DNA of 64,000 bases from Eledone cirrhosa (GCA_964016885.1 OZ024740.1:408208001-408272000); one strand, 5' to 3'. Positions 1-12,717 are shown, counted from the first letter of the stretch. The notes: generated by a model not told the origin, from the sequence alone. Numbers and translations are program-made.

Positions 1-153
1 TCTTATTTAACAACTTTAGCATGGCAATATTGTTATTTTTCTCGTAACAGTAATATAGTTTTATTTGAAACAACTGATCTGTGAATGCTAACTTTTCATC
101 CTTTTTCCTGTTGTCTCAGAGGGGATTTAGTTTACTTTGTTCCTGCAAAATTA

Positions 154-1043
154 CCATATATACTCAAATATAAGCCGAGGAATATGTGACCAAAAAACTG
201 ATGGTAAAATGGAAGGTCAATATTTTATCGATTTTCACTAAATTCAAATTCTATATAAATAAAGTGCTAAAATATCTGGAGTGATTACTTTACAATGAAA
301 CAGTTTCTTTTATGTTTTACTACATCACGATTGCTTTTATTTATGTGTTACCTTGGAAATATTTCCAACAAATTTTTATAATTTGAACAAATTAATACAT
401 AAATACCCTCTATTCATACACACATGCACATCTGCACACACAAATACATATATGCACATGCACACACAAATACATATATGCACATATGCACACACACAGG
501 CACACGCACATACTAACTGTTTTTCTCTGATTTACTAATACTTTTTCTTTCAATCTTACATAAGATTGAAATCTTACTTCTGACTTGTGTTTTATTGCTC
601 TCTCTCCTTTCTTGCTCTTGCCCCCTCTCTCTCACTTACTGTCCCTCCCTCCCTCTTCTACTCTATGAATCCCTATACAAAGTTCTCTTATTCGATCTCT
701 TGTTTTTAACTACTTCCAGCTTGTGTGAGGCCAGAAGTAAACGAAAAATTGAGAAATTGTTGAAACTATAAAACTGATGAAATTGTAAAAGATCATTACA
801 TAATGGAGTTGTGAAACAAAAACTATATTCTAAAGAACACTTAAAACATTTTAAACATCAAAATATTAAAACTTCATAAATATATTTTATACTCATGAGA
901 ATTTCAAAACCTTGCCATCTAAACATAATGTGTTAATCAGCTGCCATAGCTTTTCAATGGGGCTTGGATTTTTACCCATTTCTCAGGCATAAAATAGAGG
1001 GAGGTGATTATATTCAGATTGGCTTATATTCTAGTATATACAG
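154..1043. mobile_element. Non-autonomous Tc1/mariner (pogo/Tigger-like) DNA transposon
   Basis: Imperfect TIRs ccatatatactcaaatataagccga / ttggcttatattctagtatatacag, flanked by TA at 152-153 and 1044-1045; no transposase ORF. Confidence 0.7.
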
Positions 1044-1554
1044 TAAGTGAATTGAATAAATAATTTGATTTCATGTCAAGAGTGTAAGGTTCATGCTAAA
1101 GCATACAATAGTTTGTCAGAATAAGTGTTAAAGCTAGAAAATTAATGAGAAATCTATATTTTAACATAAAAATAGAGAAACTAATTAAGCACATAGATTA
1201 AATTGATATTGATTTTAATATAAAATATAAAAGTTAATTTAACATAATTATTTAATTAATGAAGAAAGATAGTCACAAATGCAATTTTATTTTCCTCAAA
1301 GTTATTCTGTTTAATGTGATGTTTTCTTTCTCTAATTTGCAAACCTAACGACATTTATATGCAGAAGCAAGAGACAATGATGGAATTTCTGATTTATTCT
1401 ATACTTGATCTGAATGCTTAAATTGTTACCTGAGAAAGTTTCAGTGAGCATATATGATGCTAAATGATGGTAGAGTTAAAATTATACCATTTGAGTCAGC
1501 GACAGCTGGGAGATGCATAAAAATAGCATAACATAGTAGTCAATAAATAAAAGC

Positions 1555-1860
1555 CAAAATTGATGGAAAAGTTCAAATATCTTAACAGCACTGTTTCACA
1601 TGAATCCAACATTGATTTCAAAATAAACATTTGCTTATCGAAAGTCAGTCAAACATTTGAAAGATGGAGATGTAGTGTCTGGTAACACCGAGGTATATAA
1701 ATAGATATTCAAAAACTATTAAAGGTAGAAACAAATGTGTAACTTAGACTCATCAAAAGATGACAAGCTATTTGAATGCACTATTTATGAAAGAAAGTTC
1801 TATGCACAAGATGAATAAAGATCTTCCACCTCAAAACTATGGAAAAATCGAGAAAAAATA
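1555..1860 (+). mobile_element. Degraded RTE/BovB-type LINE fragment
   Basis: Translates as LMEKFKYLNSTVSHESNIDFKINICLSKVSQTFERWRCSVW*HRGI, resembling the F-x-YLGS region after the RT core. Confidence 0.55.
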
Positions 1861-2354
1861 GCATTATATAACATGTGTGAGAACTAGATGTTCAACTTGT
1901 TTATAATATCTTAGCAGTGTTATCCAAGTATTCTGATCAATGAACCTATGAATTAATATCAATTAACCTTACCAGTTCAGTTCTTAGTAAATTTATTGAT
2001 GATTACATAAAACATTTTTATTACTTTTCCATAATCTTGATTCTTTAACTCTTTTAAACAGATTAATGTTGTGAAATGTTATCAGTATTCTCCTCTTAAA
2101 CTGATGTTTACCTTTGAAAACTCGAAAGCCTATATTTATCCAAACATTTGTTTTCATTTTTTTCTATTCTATTTTTTCTGATTAAAATAAGGAAATTACA
2201 ATCTATTGAAAATGTCAATATTTATTATAATTTTGTCTTTAATGTAGCAAATAATTTTTTTCTTTTTCTTTTTATGGCTAAATAATTCTGTTGAAAGATG
2301 GAATATGAGAACATTTTTTTTTTCTGTTTTAGGTCTAGATAATTCTGTTAAAAG

Positions 2355-2436
2355 ATGAAGTTTGAAAACTGCTGAAAATGAGCTTACAGTAATGATGGTG
2401 GACTGCCAAACACAAACAAGCAAAAAACAACTATGA
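2355..2436 (+). promoter_or_regulatory. Three uORFs in the 5' UTR (2355-2375, 2378-2392, 2392-2436)
   Basis: ATG AAG TTT GAA AAC TGC TGA; ATG AGC TTA CAG TAA; ATG ATG GTG ... CTA TGA. Overlaps are TAATG at 2390-2394 and ATGA at 2433-2436. Confidence 0.6.
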
Positions 2437-2829
2437 TCCTGGGTATTTTTAGGATTCGCAGAAAGAAGCATGTCATTGTGGCTGGATTGGTCTGTATTAT
2501 ACTATTTTTGCTATATGAAATCCAGCAACTAAGCTACATTGATAACCAACAGAAGCTAGATACACCTTTACATATAGAAAAACACAACATTGCTGAAAGT
2601 AATGTTGTTAAAGACAATGAACAAGATGATATGCAACGTACGTTAAATGAATTAGAAAAAGAAAATGATAATTTTGATTCTGTCCACCCTGAGGATGTAA
2701 CTTGGGAATTAATTGACAAATTTAAACTTGATTATGATGATCATTTTCAACCTATTAATTCACCATGGGATGTGGCGAAAAATTGGGTTAATTCAAGAGA
2801 AATATTCCCAGAGTTTGTTCCTGAACTAG
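2433..2829 (+). CDS. FAM20B: First coding exon of glycosaminoglycan xylosylkinase (FAM20B-like Golgi kinase); exon 2333-2829, phase-1 donor
   Basis: Type II membrane N-terminus (RIRRKKH then VIVAGLVCIILFLLY), a stem, then SPWDVAKNWVNSREIFPEFVPELG, which matches the vertebrate FAM20B segment as I recall it ([24 protein letters not shown]). Acceptor tttttctgttttag|G at 2332/2333; donor CTAG|gtaagt at 2829/2830. Confidence 0.88.
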
Positions 2830-3077
2830 GTAAGTATTCAAATTACAATTTCAATTTCTAAAGACTGTAACTCGTTTTGTTTTTCTTATTTATTTTCCTT
2901 TATTACATAAGAAACTCATTGAAAAGTGTTTCATTTGCCACTCATGATACAATCAGGAAGATCTCATCTAATTTTCGTCATTTATCTTATGTTCATTGTT
3001 TATAATGTTGTTGTCACAGGTTTGTCAATGCAGTAAATGTGTAGAATAATTAGAGCAATGATGGAAATGCCTTAAGG

Positions 3078-3423
3078 CAGAGGTTCTCAAAGTGGATGCT
3101 ACAGCCTCCCGGGGGGTGTTAAAAAGGCCCAGAGGGGCGCTGGAGCCTAAGGGGGTGGTATAAATGATATAATAGTATATTAAATATCAAATGATACATA
3201 TTATATATAAATATAGTAAAATAAAAAAATATATTTATTTATACATAATATATATTATATTATTTATTATATATAAATTAACGATTTTATTTATATATTA
3301 TTTACCTATTATATATTATTTACAATTTGTGTGTAGGTAGGTCTCTCTGGAAATAGGGGTGGGGCTCTAAGGGTATTATGTGGCAGTGAGGGTGTGGTGG
3401 TCCAAAAAGTTTGAGAACCACTG
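3078..3423. mobile_element. hAT (Charlie-like) MITE
   Basis: TIRs cagaggttctcaaa / tttgagaaccactg; perfect 8-bp TSD ccttaagg at 3070-3077 and 3424-3431. Confidence 0.85.
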
Positions 3424-4389
3424 CCTTAAGGTATTTACATTCTGAATTCCTGCCAAGATCAACTTTGCCCTTCATCCTTCTGGAGCCCATAAAATAAAGT
3501 ACCAGTAAAGTACTGGTGTAGGTATAATCAATTTTCTCCTTCTCGCCAAAATTGTTGACTTTGTGTCTAAATAAGAAATCATTATTGTCACAGATCCAAC
3601 ACATTAGAGGAATATTAACTTGTCAGAAGTGATTACCAAGACAAACAACTTTTCAAGTTGTTATTTCAATGTTATGTGTGGAAAGATAGGTCAATAAATG
3701 GTTTTGATCAGTAAGACTATTAAAGGAACAAAATCAGGCAATCACATCTCTTTAATATTTTCTTTCAGGACTAGATATATTTCCTTTTTCTTTTGTGATA
3801 ATCATATTTGATTGATCCATTGATTTTATAACTTTCAGAAGTGTCACTGTAGATTTGATAATAGATACAAATGGTATTATCTATCTCTTTAAAGTTAATG
3901 ATGTAATATAAACACTTGTCATGTAATTTCTCTACTCCAACCCCAATCTTTAAAGTATTCAGTATAACAACTGTTAATTTTTTATAAAGTGATCATATTT
4001 ATTTGGCTGATGCTTATCTATTGATATCATAGCATTACTATTTACTAACTGAAGTTTTTCATTGATATATTTTAAAATTAACTTTCTTTTTATGAGCTAC
4101 AGTTTCATTAATTAAGAAATTTCATTAATTCAATTAAGTGAAAACGTTTCAAATATTTGTTAATGGAAGTATATTTTTCTAGTTTGGATAAAGATTTTGT
4201 AACACTTTGTATTATTTAATACATTTTCCTTGATATCATTACATGTTGCAATATCTATCATATAGATGTGTTTAAGTGCTTCGTTAATTTATTTTACTCA
4301 GGGGATATTAGAAATGAGTTAAGTTATTGAAATATTAAAGTGAAGAGCTGATATGAATTATAGTTTAGAAAGCAGGGTACCCGACCTCC

Positions 4390-4687
4390 CATGGGTACAT
4401 GCTGAAGCATATAAACAATATGCCCCCCCCCCCCCACCGCAAGGTGGTCGTGGAGGTGCCACGGCAAAAAAGCACCCAGCCCACACTGTAAAGTGGACGT
4501 GTAGGCGCCACGAAAAAGCACCCAGCACTCACTGTAAATGAGGTTGGTGTTAGGAAGGGCATCCAGCTGTAGAAATCAAGCCAGATCAGTTCCTGTATGA
4601 GCAAGGCATGGTCAGCCGACCAGACACTGCCCACAACAGGACAACCCGTCTAACCCATGCTAGCGTGGAAGAACGGACGTAAAACGG

Positions 4688-4716
<29 letters not shown>
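4390..4716 (+). mobile_element. Short RTE family-B 3'-end-derived element with (GAT)n tail
   Basis: Matches the 3' UTR of the RTE at 11016-12616; ends ggacgtaaaacggt(gat)n; near-identical inverted copy at 6760-7078. Confidence 0.75.
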
Positions 4717-4718
<2 letters not shown>

Positions 4719-4806
4719 AGCACACATTTAAAAATTCTTAAGTGCATGTGCTAGATACACCCCCTCTCACACACATATATGTATGTATGTGTATATATAT
4801 ATATAT

Positions 4807-5135
4807 ACATGGCTTAGTGGTTAGAGCATTGGCCTTGCAATCGAAAGGTTGTGAGTTCAATTCTCAGACCAGGTGATGTGTTGTTTCCTTGAGCAAGACA
4901 CTTTATTTCACATTGCTCCAGTTTACTCAGCTGTAGAAATGAGATGATAGGACTGGGGTCCCTATCATTCCACTGCAAAGTGGTTATGGAGGTGCCATGG
5001 CAAAAAAGCACCCAGCACTCACTGTAAATGAGGTTGGTGTTAGGAAGGACATCCAGCTGTAGAAATCAAGCCAGAATCAGTTCCCATCCCACCCTTGCTA
5101 GCAGGGAAAAGCGGTCGTAAAATGATGATGATGAT
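4807..5135 (+). mobile_element. tRNA-headed CORE-like SINE with RTE-type 3' tail
   Basis: A box tggcttagtggtt, B box gagttcaattc, CORE-like tccttgagcaagacactttatttcacattgctccagtttactcagctgtagaaatgag, then ggttggtgttaggaagggcatccagc-like tail and (GAT)n. Confidence 0.8.
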
Positions 5136-5170
5136 AAGTATGTATATATATATGTATGTATATATATATA

Positions 5171-5492
5171 TCATCATCATCATCATCATCATCATCGTTT
5201 AACGTCCGTGTTCCACGCTTGCATGGGTTTGGATGGGAGTTTTCCCACTTGAGGCAAGAGTGATTGTCTTGCTCGCATAGGACTGTCTGGCGGGTTTTCT
5301 ACAGCTGGATGCCCTTCCTAACACCAACCACATTTACAGTGTGGGGCTGGGAGGTTTTTACCGTGTTGCCTACACGGCCACATTACAGCGTGGACTGTGT
5401 TTTTTTGTCGTGACACCTACACGATCTCATTTGTTTCGGCCTGGATGTTGTGGCACCAACATAACTTTACATTGAAAGGGGCGGTGTGGATG
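5171..5492 (-). mobile_element. 5'-truncated RTE family-A 3' UTR
   Basis: Matches the 3' UTR of the ORF-bearing copies at 32410-32797 and 54898-55290. Confidence 0.8.
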
Positions 5493-5792
5493 TGTATGTA
5501 TATATATGTATGTATAGATTAAATATATATATAAATAAATATACACAGGTGTGTATGATTGTGTATAGAAGATTATATTAATAAAAGGAATTCCAACTTT
5601 GTCTGATTTACTCGTTTTATTTACAATCCTTTAAGATTATAATGATATTATAATGAAATAGTATTGTAGAATATTAAATGTTTACTTTCATGCTTTCGCA
5701 ATCTTCAGGTTCATATTCAGTGGTGACAGTCAAGTTTGCAATTTTCAACTGTGTATGTATATATATGTATATATATATATATGTGTATATAT

Positions 5793-6154
5793 ATCATCAT
5801 CATCATCATCATCATCAGGTTTAGCGTCCGTGTTCCACGCTTGCATGGGTTTGGACGGGGGTTTTCCCACTTGAGGCAAGAGTGGTTGTCTTGCTCGCAT
5901 AGGACTGTCTGGCGGGTTTTCTACAGTTGGATGCCCTTCCTAACACCAACCACATTTACAGTGTGGGGCTGGGAGGTTTTTACCGTGTTGCCTACACGGC
6001 CACATTACAGCGTGGACTGTCTGGCGGGTTTTCTACAGCTGGATGCCCTTCCTAACACCAACCACATTTACAGTGTGGGGCTGGGAGGTTTTTACCGTGT
6101 TGCCTACACGGCCACATTTACAGCGTGGACTGTGTGTTTTTTGTCGTGACACCT
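5793..6154 (-). mobile_element. 5'-truncated RTE family-A 3' UTR with internal ~105-bp duplication
   Basis: Same duplication as the copy at 25093-26346. Confidence 0.8.
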
Positions 6155-6205
6155 ATATGTATGTATCTATCTATCTATCTATATATATATATATATGTAT
6201 GTGTG

Positions 6206-6282
<77 letters not shown>

Positions 6283-6371
6283 GTGTGTGTATGTGTGTGT
6301 GGGGGGGGGGGCGATACCCCAGCATGGCCTCAGCTGGATGGCTGGAACAGGTAAAAGAGTAAAAGAGTATG

Positions 6372-6402
<31 letters not shown>

Positions 6403-6426
6403 GTGTGTGTGTTTGTGTATGTATAA

Positions 6427-6758
6427 TCATCATTTTATTTTACGTCCGCTTTTTCCCTGCTTGCAAGGGTGGGACGAGAACTGATACTGACTTGATTTCT
6501 ACAGCTGGATGCCCTTCCTAACACCAACCTCATTTACAGTGAGTGCTGGGTGCTTTATTTCCGTGGCACCTCCACGACCACTTTGCAGTGGAATGATAGG
6601 GACCCCAGTTCCTATCATCTCATTTCTACAGCTGAGTAAACTGGAGCAATGTGAAATAAAGTGTCTTGCTCAAGGACACAACACTTCACCCAGTTTGGGA
6701 ATTGAAGTCAAAACCTTTCGATTTCAAGACCAATGCTCTAACCACTAAGACATGTGCC
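6427..6758 (-). mobile_element. tRNA-CORE-RTE-tail SINE
   Basis: Reverse complement of the 4807-5135 family. Confidence 0.8.
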
Positions 6759-6759
6759 C

Positions 6760-7078
6760 CATCATCATCATCATCATCACTGTTTTACGTCCGTTCTTCC
6801 ACGCTAGCATGGGTTAGACGGGTTGTCCTGTTGTGGGCAGTGTCTGGTCGGCTGACCATGCCTTGCTCATACAGGAACTGATCTGGCTTGATTTCTACAG
6901 CTGGATGCCCTTCCTAACACCAACCTCATTTACAGTGAGTGCTGGGTGCTTTTTCGTGGCGCCTACACGTCCACTTTACAGTGTGGGCTGGGTGCTTTTT
7001 TGCCGTGGCACCTCCACGACCACCTTGCGGTGGGGGGAGTGGGGGCATATTGTTTATATGCTTCAGCATGTACCCATG
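6760..7078 (-). mobile_element. Short RTE family-B 3'-end-derived element
   Basis: Near-identical reverse complement of 4390-4716, with the same 5' end catgggtacatgctgaagc. Confidence 0.78.
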
Positions 7079-7090
7079 TATATATATATA

Positions 7091-7141
<51 letters not shown>

Positions 7142-8544
7142 GAATGGTATTCTGAAGGGTGTTGGGAAAAACCATGATTAAATAAAATACTCATAACATT
7201 AATAGAGAAGATATATATTAATTTCATATAGAAATCACATCTACAAGACTAGAACTGTTTTATTCAAATGAAATCATTGGGATGTCAGATGAAGTTGGTC
7301 AGGTTTCTTATTTATAAATTTCTATGGAGTACTGAGAGAAACTAGGTATAAGAGGATTCAGATGTAGTGTGCAAGAGGGAGGACTGTGCTAGTATGGGCA
7401 TGTGTTGTGCATGGATGATGAACATACTTGACATTTTTATTTCTATTTTATAAAAATTGATATCTGTTGTTTCAGTAAATTGATACTTTTATCAGAGGTG
7501 TGCTATAATGACTTAAATGACTTTGGAATGGTACTGGTACTTTTTTCAATAACTATTAATTTGTCAGATAAACTTAACCAAAATGAGATTTGAAACTCAA
7601 AACCAAAAAGAAGATAGCTAGATGCTACATTGAAAGAAAAAAAAATTATATCTTAGACCCATCCAGGTTTAGGTGGCCTCTTATGATGTTGCATGTCAAA
7701 GGATGTTTCACATGTGTTTTAATAATAGGCTCCACAGTCCTATCATGGAAAGGAATGTGAAATGAAGTATCTTGCTCAAGAACACAATACATTACCTGGT
7801 ACATAAATTGATCTTATGGCCCTGAATCCAACATACTTATTACTTCGCTACATGCCTTTATGGATACTATAATCATGAAGTTTATTTCTCTGGTAGCTTG
7901 ATGGTTCTTCCATATTTCAAATATTAACATATCTCTACATCCCTAACACAGCTGTTGTTTGGTTTTCTCTTTGAAAATGTCTCAGTTTCACAAGTTCCTA
8001 TGAAGGCAATGGGCATAGCCCCTTCTTCCAGATTAATCCAATTAAAAAAAAATCCCAGTTACTTTTACAAGATGTTTTATTTAGTTTAATATGTCCTATT
8101 AATTCTAACTTATGACTGTGTTATGAGAAATTATTTGCCAACTGAGTTCACAATATAGTTTAGATCTCTGCTGGATCTTTTCCACTTACATTAGGATTTT
8201 CATTGTCACCATTTATACATTCATACATGTCACCATTTATACATTCAGCATGTTGTGTCTTTCTCATAGCATAATAACAATCTGCTTTACTAGAAATTTG
8301 ATCAATTAAATTTCTTTGTTAGTTTATATTTCTATCAAACTGCTTTCTGCGTTCTATTCCATATTTCTCTCATCCATTTTGACAATACATAAATAAAATA
8401 ATGGATCCTCTGATGGTTTTGATGAGGAGTATTCCATTTGCTTGATCAACTGAACCATCTACTCATTGTATTAGTGGGGTAGGGTTCAGTATTTCATAAG
8501 CATGTACACCTTAACATAATCCTCAAGAGGAATCGTTAGTATAC

Positions 8545-8850
8545 ATCTGAGGCACTCCATCAGTTACAACGATGAATGTTCCAGTTGATCCTGTCAGCCA
8601 GCTCATGAAATTAACATGTAAGTGGCTGAGCATTCCACAGACACGCATACCCATAACATAGTTCATAGGGAGATTCAGTGGGACACAGAATCTGACAAAG
8701 CTGGCCATTCGAACTGCAGATACAACTCATTTTGCCAGCTGAGTGGACTGGAGCAATGTGAAATAAAGTGTCTTGCTCAAGGAAACAATGCGCCACTGGG
8801 GATCGAACTCACAGCCTTAAGAGTGTAAGCCAAATACCCTAACCACAAAG
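8545..8850 (-). mobile_element. tRNA-CORE SINE with a different 3' tail
   Basis: Minus-strand tRNA-like head (gtgagttcgatcccc) and CORE (ccttgagcaagacactttatttcacattgctccagtccactcagctg); body and tail unrelated to the RTE-tail family. Confidence 0.7.
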
Positions 8851-9067
8851 CCAGTGACAAAACTGGCTCTTTGGATTACAGGTACAATCGGTGCACTTCT
8901 ACACAATTTCACTCATAATATTTGTGTCAACCTGTGGTTATGGTGAAGGACACTTATCTAAGATGCCATGCAGGTGGATTGAACCCAGAAGCACATGATT
9001 ACAAATCAAACTTCTTAACCACTCAGCTATACATGCACCTATATGGCACACAATATGCATATACACA

Positions 9068-9216
9068 CCAAACCACACCGGATCACACTGTACCACACAT
9101 CACATCACACCAATTCTCACCACAGCACACCATATCACACAGCATCACATCACACCAATTCTCACCACACCACACCACATCACACTGCACCACACAGCAT
9201 CACATCACACCACACC
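9068..9216. repeat. (CACAC/CATCA)n degenerate pentamer repeat
   Basis: Repeated cacatcacatcacaccaattctcaccac units. Confidence 0.85.
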
Positions 9217-9759
9217 ATGTACATGCACCTTTTTTTTGTCTCTGGTTACAATTTAATTCATTTATTTTATTCCTTCATGTGCATTCATGTAAACATTTAT
9301 CTCTATGGATTATGTTTGATTTATAATTCTCTGAAGGAATCAGGAACATGTTACATGCAAGCACATGATATGACAATACATCTGGGACTTCACCAACTTA
9401 AAGAAATAGGAAATAGAATTTTTATTTTATTATTTCTAATCAATCGCTGTATAATCCTTTATCATTGTTTGGAAATACTACAAAAATATCTTTGGGAAAT
9501 GAAATCTCCATATTTTTTCCATCATATTTTATACATTTGAGAATTATGCTAAAGACATTTTCTTTTCCCATTAAGAAATTGGTTGTTATGAAAGAAAATT
9601 CCTTTTATTTTATGTATTTGTTCAAAATATTCAAAGTCCAAAAGCACCTGGTGGCATATAACAAAATTATCAGCAAGCATTAAAAGAAAAAATATTTTAA
9701 AAGCAACTCAACTTGCTGTCATAAAATGTAAATTTGGACTGGAGATTTGTGCTACAGTC

Positions 9760-10045
9760 CTTGAGTTACAGATACCATATACCTTGAGTTATTACAGTTC
9801 TTGTATTACAGATACCATAATGCTTGTGTTACAGGAACTACAATTCTTGCATTACAGATACTATAATACTTAAATTACAAATGTTTTAGTACTTGAGCTA
9901 TATACTATAACCTTTTAATTACAGATACTATAACGCATGTGTTGCAGATACTATAAGGCTTAGATTGAGGACCAAAATCTTTGAGTTACAAATACTATAA
10001 TTTTTTAGTTACAGATATTATAATTCTTGGGTTATAGATATTATA
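9760..10045. repeat. Degenerate ~23-24-bp minisatellite
   Basis: About 11-12 units resembling ttacagatactataatacttgag. Confidence 0.75.
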
Positions 10046-10803
10046 CCGCAAAATAGTCTGAGTCAATTTTTTTGCCCATTTTATGTAATGTAATGGGAAG
10101 TAGATGGATTTGGTATGGATCAGTGGTTCAGAACTCAGAATGAAACCCTTTAGTTTTGAATCCTCTCAAATTCTTACATTGTCATCATCATTGTTATCAT
10201 CAGTAACAGCTGCAGCATCACCACCGCCACCACCATTATCACCATTACCTATGTCTTTGGAAAAGTTGTCATTCATATACAACATCCTTTCATTTTTTTT
10301 ATCTTATCCCTTGTGCCACATGTTGGATTATTCATCAAGCTAGCATACTTCCATATCAATTATGAACCTAAAGTAACTATTTCATCTTTGGCATTCCTTG
10401 CTCTAACTCTAACATTTACACTTTCTCTTATCAAGTTTCAACACACTTCATCTATTCATATTGCATGGCCATACCAATAACATAGTTATTTGATGTCCAA
10501 AATGGTGCATCATAGCAAGTTTTCTCTACTTCTTTCCATGTACTCAAGTTTCATATGGTATCATTTAAAACTAGGAGTTCTGTAAGATTTTATTCTCTGA
10601 TAACTTAGTTCTAAATGCATAGTTAGTTCTAATTTGAGTGTTACACATGAAATGTGTAACACTCAAATGCAATGAGAGAGAATAGTAATAAATCAGAGAT
10701 TTAGATTTATGATTAGTACTGAGTGAAAATATCTGGTTGATGAGTTTACAAAATGGGTTGTTACTTGTGCTTCACAGAATATTTGTATTCCATAGATTCT
10801 CAC

Positions 10804-10961
10804 CTGGAGAGCTTTATTCCATTGATTCTCATCTGCATAGTTGTTGGAGACTGAAGTATTTTCTGACTCTGAGGAAAAGGGCTGGTCTTTGAGAGACATG
10901 TTTAGTCTTTGCCATACCGGTCTTTGATTAATGAATATGAATTGTTTAATGAACATTTCAA
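10804..10961 (-). CDS. Candidate antisense exon (uncertain)
   Basis: ttgcag| acceptor, open frame ...PVWQRLNMSLKDQPFSSESENTSVSNNYADENQWNKALQ, donor CAG|gtgag. Confidence 0.25.
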
Positions 10962-11015
10962 CTGCAATTTTAATGGATGAAGTTATATCAATTGTTCATT
11001 AATCTTTTTGTTTCT

Positions 11016-12616
11016 ATCATCATCATCACTGTTTTACATCCGTTCGTCCATGCTAGCATGGGTTAGACGGGTTGTCCTGTTGTGGGCAGTGTCCGGTCGG
11101 CTGACCTTGTCTTGCTCATATGGGAACTGATTCTGGCTTGATTTCTACAGCTGGATGCCCTTCCTAACACCAACCTCATTTACAGTGAGTGCTGGGTGCT
11201 TTTTTCCGTGGCACCTACACATCCACTTTACAGTGTGGGCTGGGTGCTTTTTTGCTGTGGCACCTCCACGACCGCTTTGCAGTGGGAGGGTGTGGGGGCA
11301 TATAGTCTATATGCTTCAGCTTCGGCTTGTTCCTGTGGGGGGGGGGGGTCTTCTGTATTACTGCGTGACGCAAGATGTCACGGTTGTGTGTCATTGCTCT
11401 TGAGAGGTGCAATTGAATAAGGTCGGCCTTTATCACCTCATCCTAGGTCTTCTCGGGTCTCCCCCACTCCGCGGCTTCCATTGACTTCTAGTCCTCTGCA
11501 CCTTTTTATGCAGCTGTCATTCTTCATATGCATCAGATGTCCATACCAACGTAATCTCCTCTCCTGCACACAGCATTTGATTCTTCTGATGCTCAGTCTC
11601 TCTCTCAATTCGTTTATACTTTGCCATTCGCGTATATTACGATTACACATCCCGTCCTTACCCTAGTTATTGAACTTTCCGAACACCCACCTCCGCTGCT
11701 AATTCGGTCAACTAGGGAGCAGAAGCTGTCTACTATTTCTACAGAGTTTGGTGGTGCTTGTTTCCTGTGGTTGTTTGCTGCTTGCTGTCCCAGCGCAGCT
11801 GCTACATATGAAGCCTACATTCTTAGTTAAACTTCATGAGATCCCACTACATCTCTTGTGTACCCATTGTTTGCATTTGGAGCAGAGGATGGAGTTCCTA
11901 CCTACACCTTTCCTACATAATGAGCAAGGCCATTTCCCTGAGGGTATCTGGGTTCTGTTTTCTCGTCTACTTACAAGAACCTTAGTCTTTGTCAGGTTGA
12001 CTTTGAGACCCTTTCTTTCTAGTCAATGCTTCCATGTTTGGAATGTCTTCTCTAGTTCCACCATGGATTCAGCTATAAGTGCGAGATCATCTGCATACAG
12101 GAGTTCCCATGGGCATCTGGTCTTAAACTCCTCCGTTATTACCTGCAAAACTATAATGAACAGGAGAGGGCTAAGAACAGAGATCTGGTGGACACTGACC
12201 TGTATGCTAAATTCCTTGCTATAGTTATTGCTAACTCTAACTTTGCTGACTGCTCCTCTATACATGGTTTGTACAGCTTTTACAAGCCATTCATCTACTC
12301 CTAATTTTCTAAGAGCCCACCAGATTACAGCACGCGAGACTCTGCCGAAGGCTTTTTCCAGATCGACGAATGCCAGGTAGAGCGGCTTACTTTTAGCTAG
12401 GTACTTTTCCTGTAACTGCTTCACAAGGAAGAGGGCATCAGTGGTGCCTTTTCCTCGTACAAACCCAAATTGCATCTCATCTAGTTTCACCCGGTCCCTA
12501 ATCAACTGTGCTATAACTCTTTCTGTTACTTTCATGACCTGGTCCATCAGATTTATACCTCTATGGTTTCCTCTATCTAGTGCATCACCTTTACCTTTGT
12601 AGCAGTTGACAATGAT
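11016..12616 (-). mobile_element. 5'-truncated, disrupted RTE LINE (family B)
   Basis: RT motifs MQFGF...KGTTDA, LAFVDLEKAF, LLYADDLAL and C-terminal RRLRWYGH; stops and frameshifts; contiguous 3' UTR and (GAT)n tail. Confidence 0.92.
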
Positions 12617-12717
12617 ATATATATGTATATGTGTATATATATATATATATATTGCAAGCAGGGAAAAGCGGATGTAAAATGATGATGATGATGATGATGA
12701 TATGTATATTTATATGT

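Noticed and set aside
2282-2359. Imperfect ~20-bp direct repeat (ataattctgtt(g/a)aaagatg) flanking the FAM20B acceptor
   Set aside because: Real but short; I cannot support a function or an insertion origin.
2830-2861. ORF tail KYSNYNFNF* making a complete 142-aa protein
   Set aside because: Read-through past a consensus donor; FAM20B similarity ends at ELG.
6509-6748. Recurrent MPFLTPTSFTV... and LSKLEQCEIKCLAQG peptides resembling a gene family
   Set aside because: They are antisense readings of SINE and LINE 3'-UTR sequence.
5736-7181. Many ORFs rich in YIYI/CVCV/IIII (also near 26-28 kb, 30.9 kb, 32.8 kb, 51 kb)
   Set aside because: They are translations of (TA)n, (TG)n and (CAT)n microsatellites.
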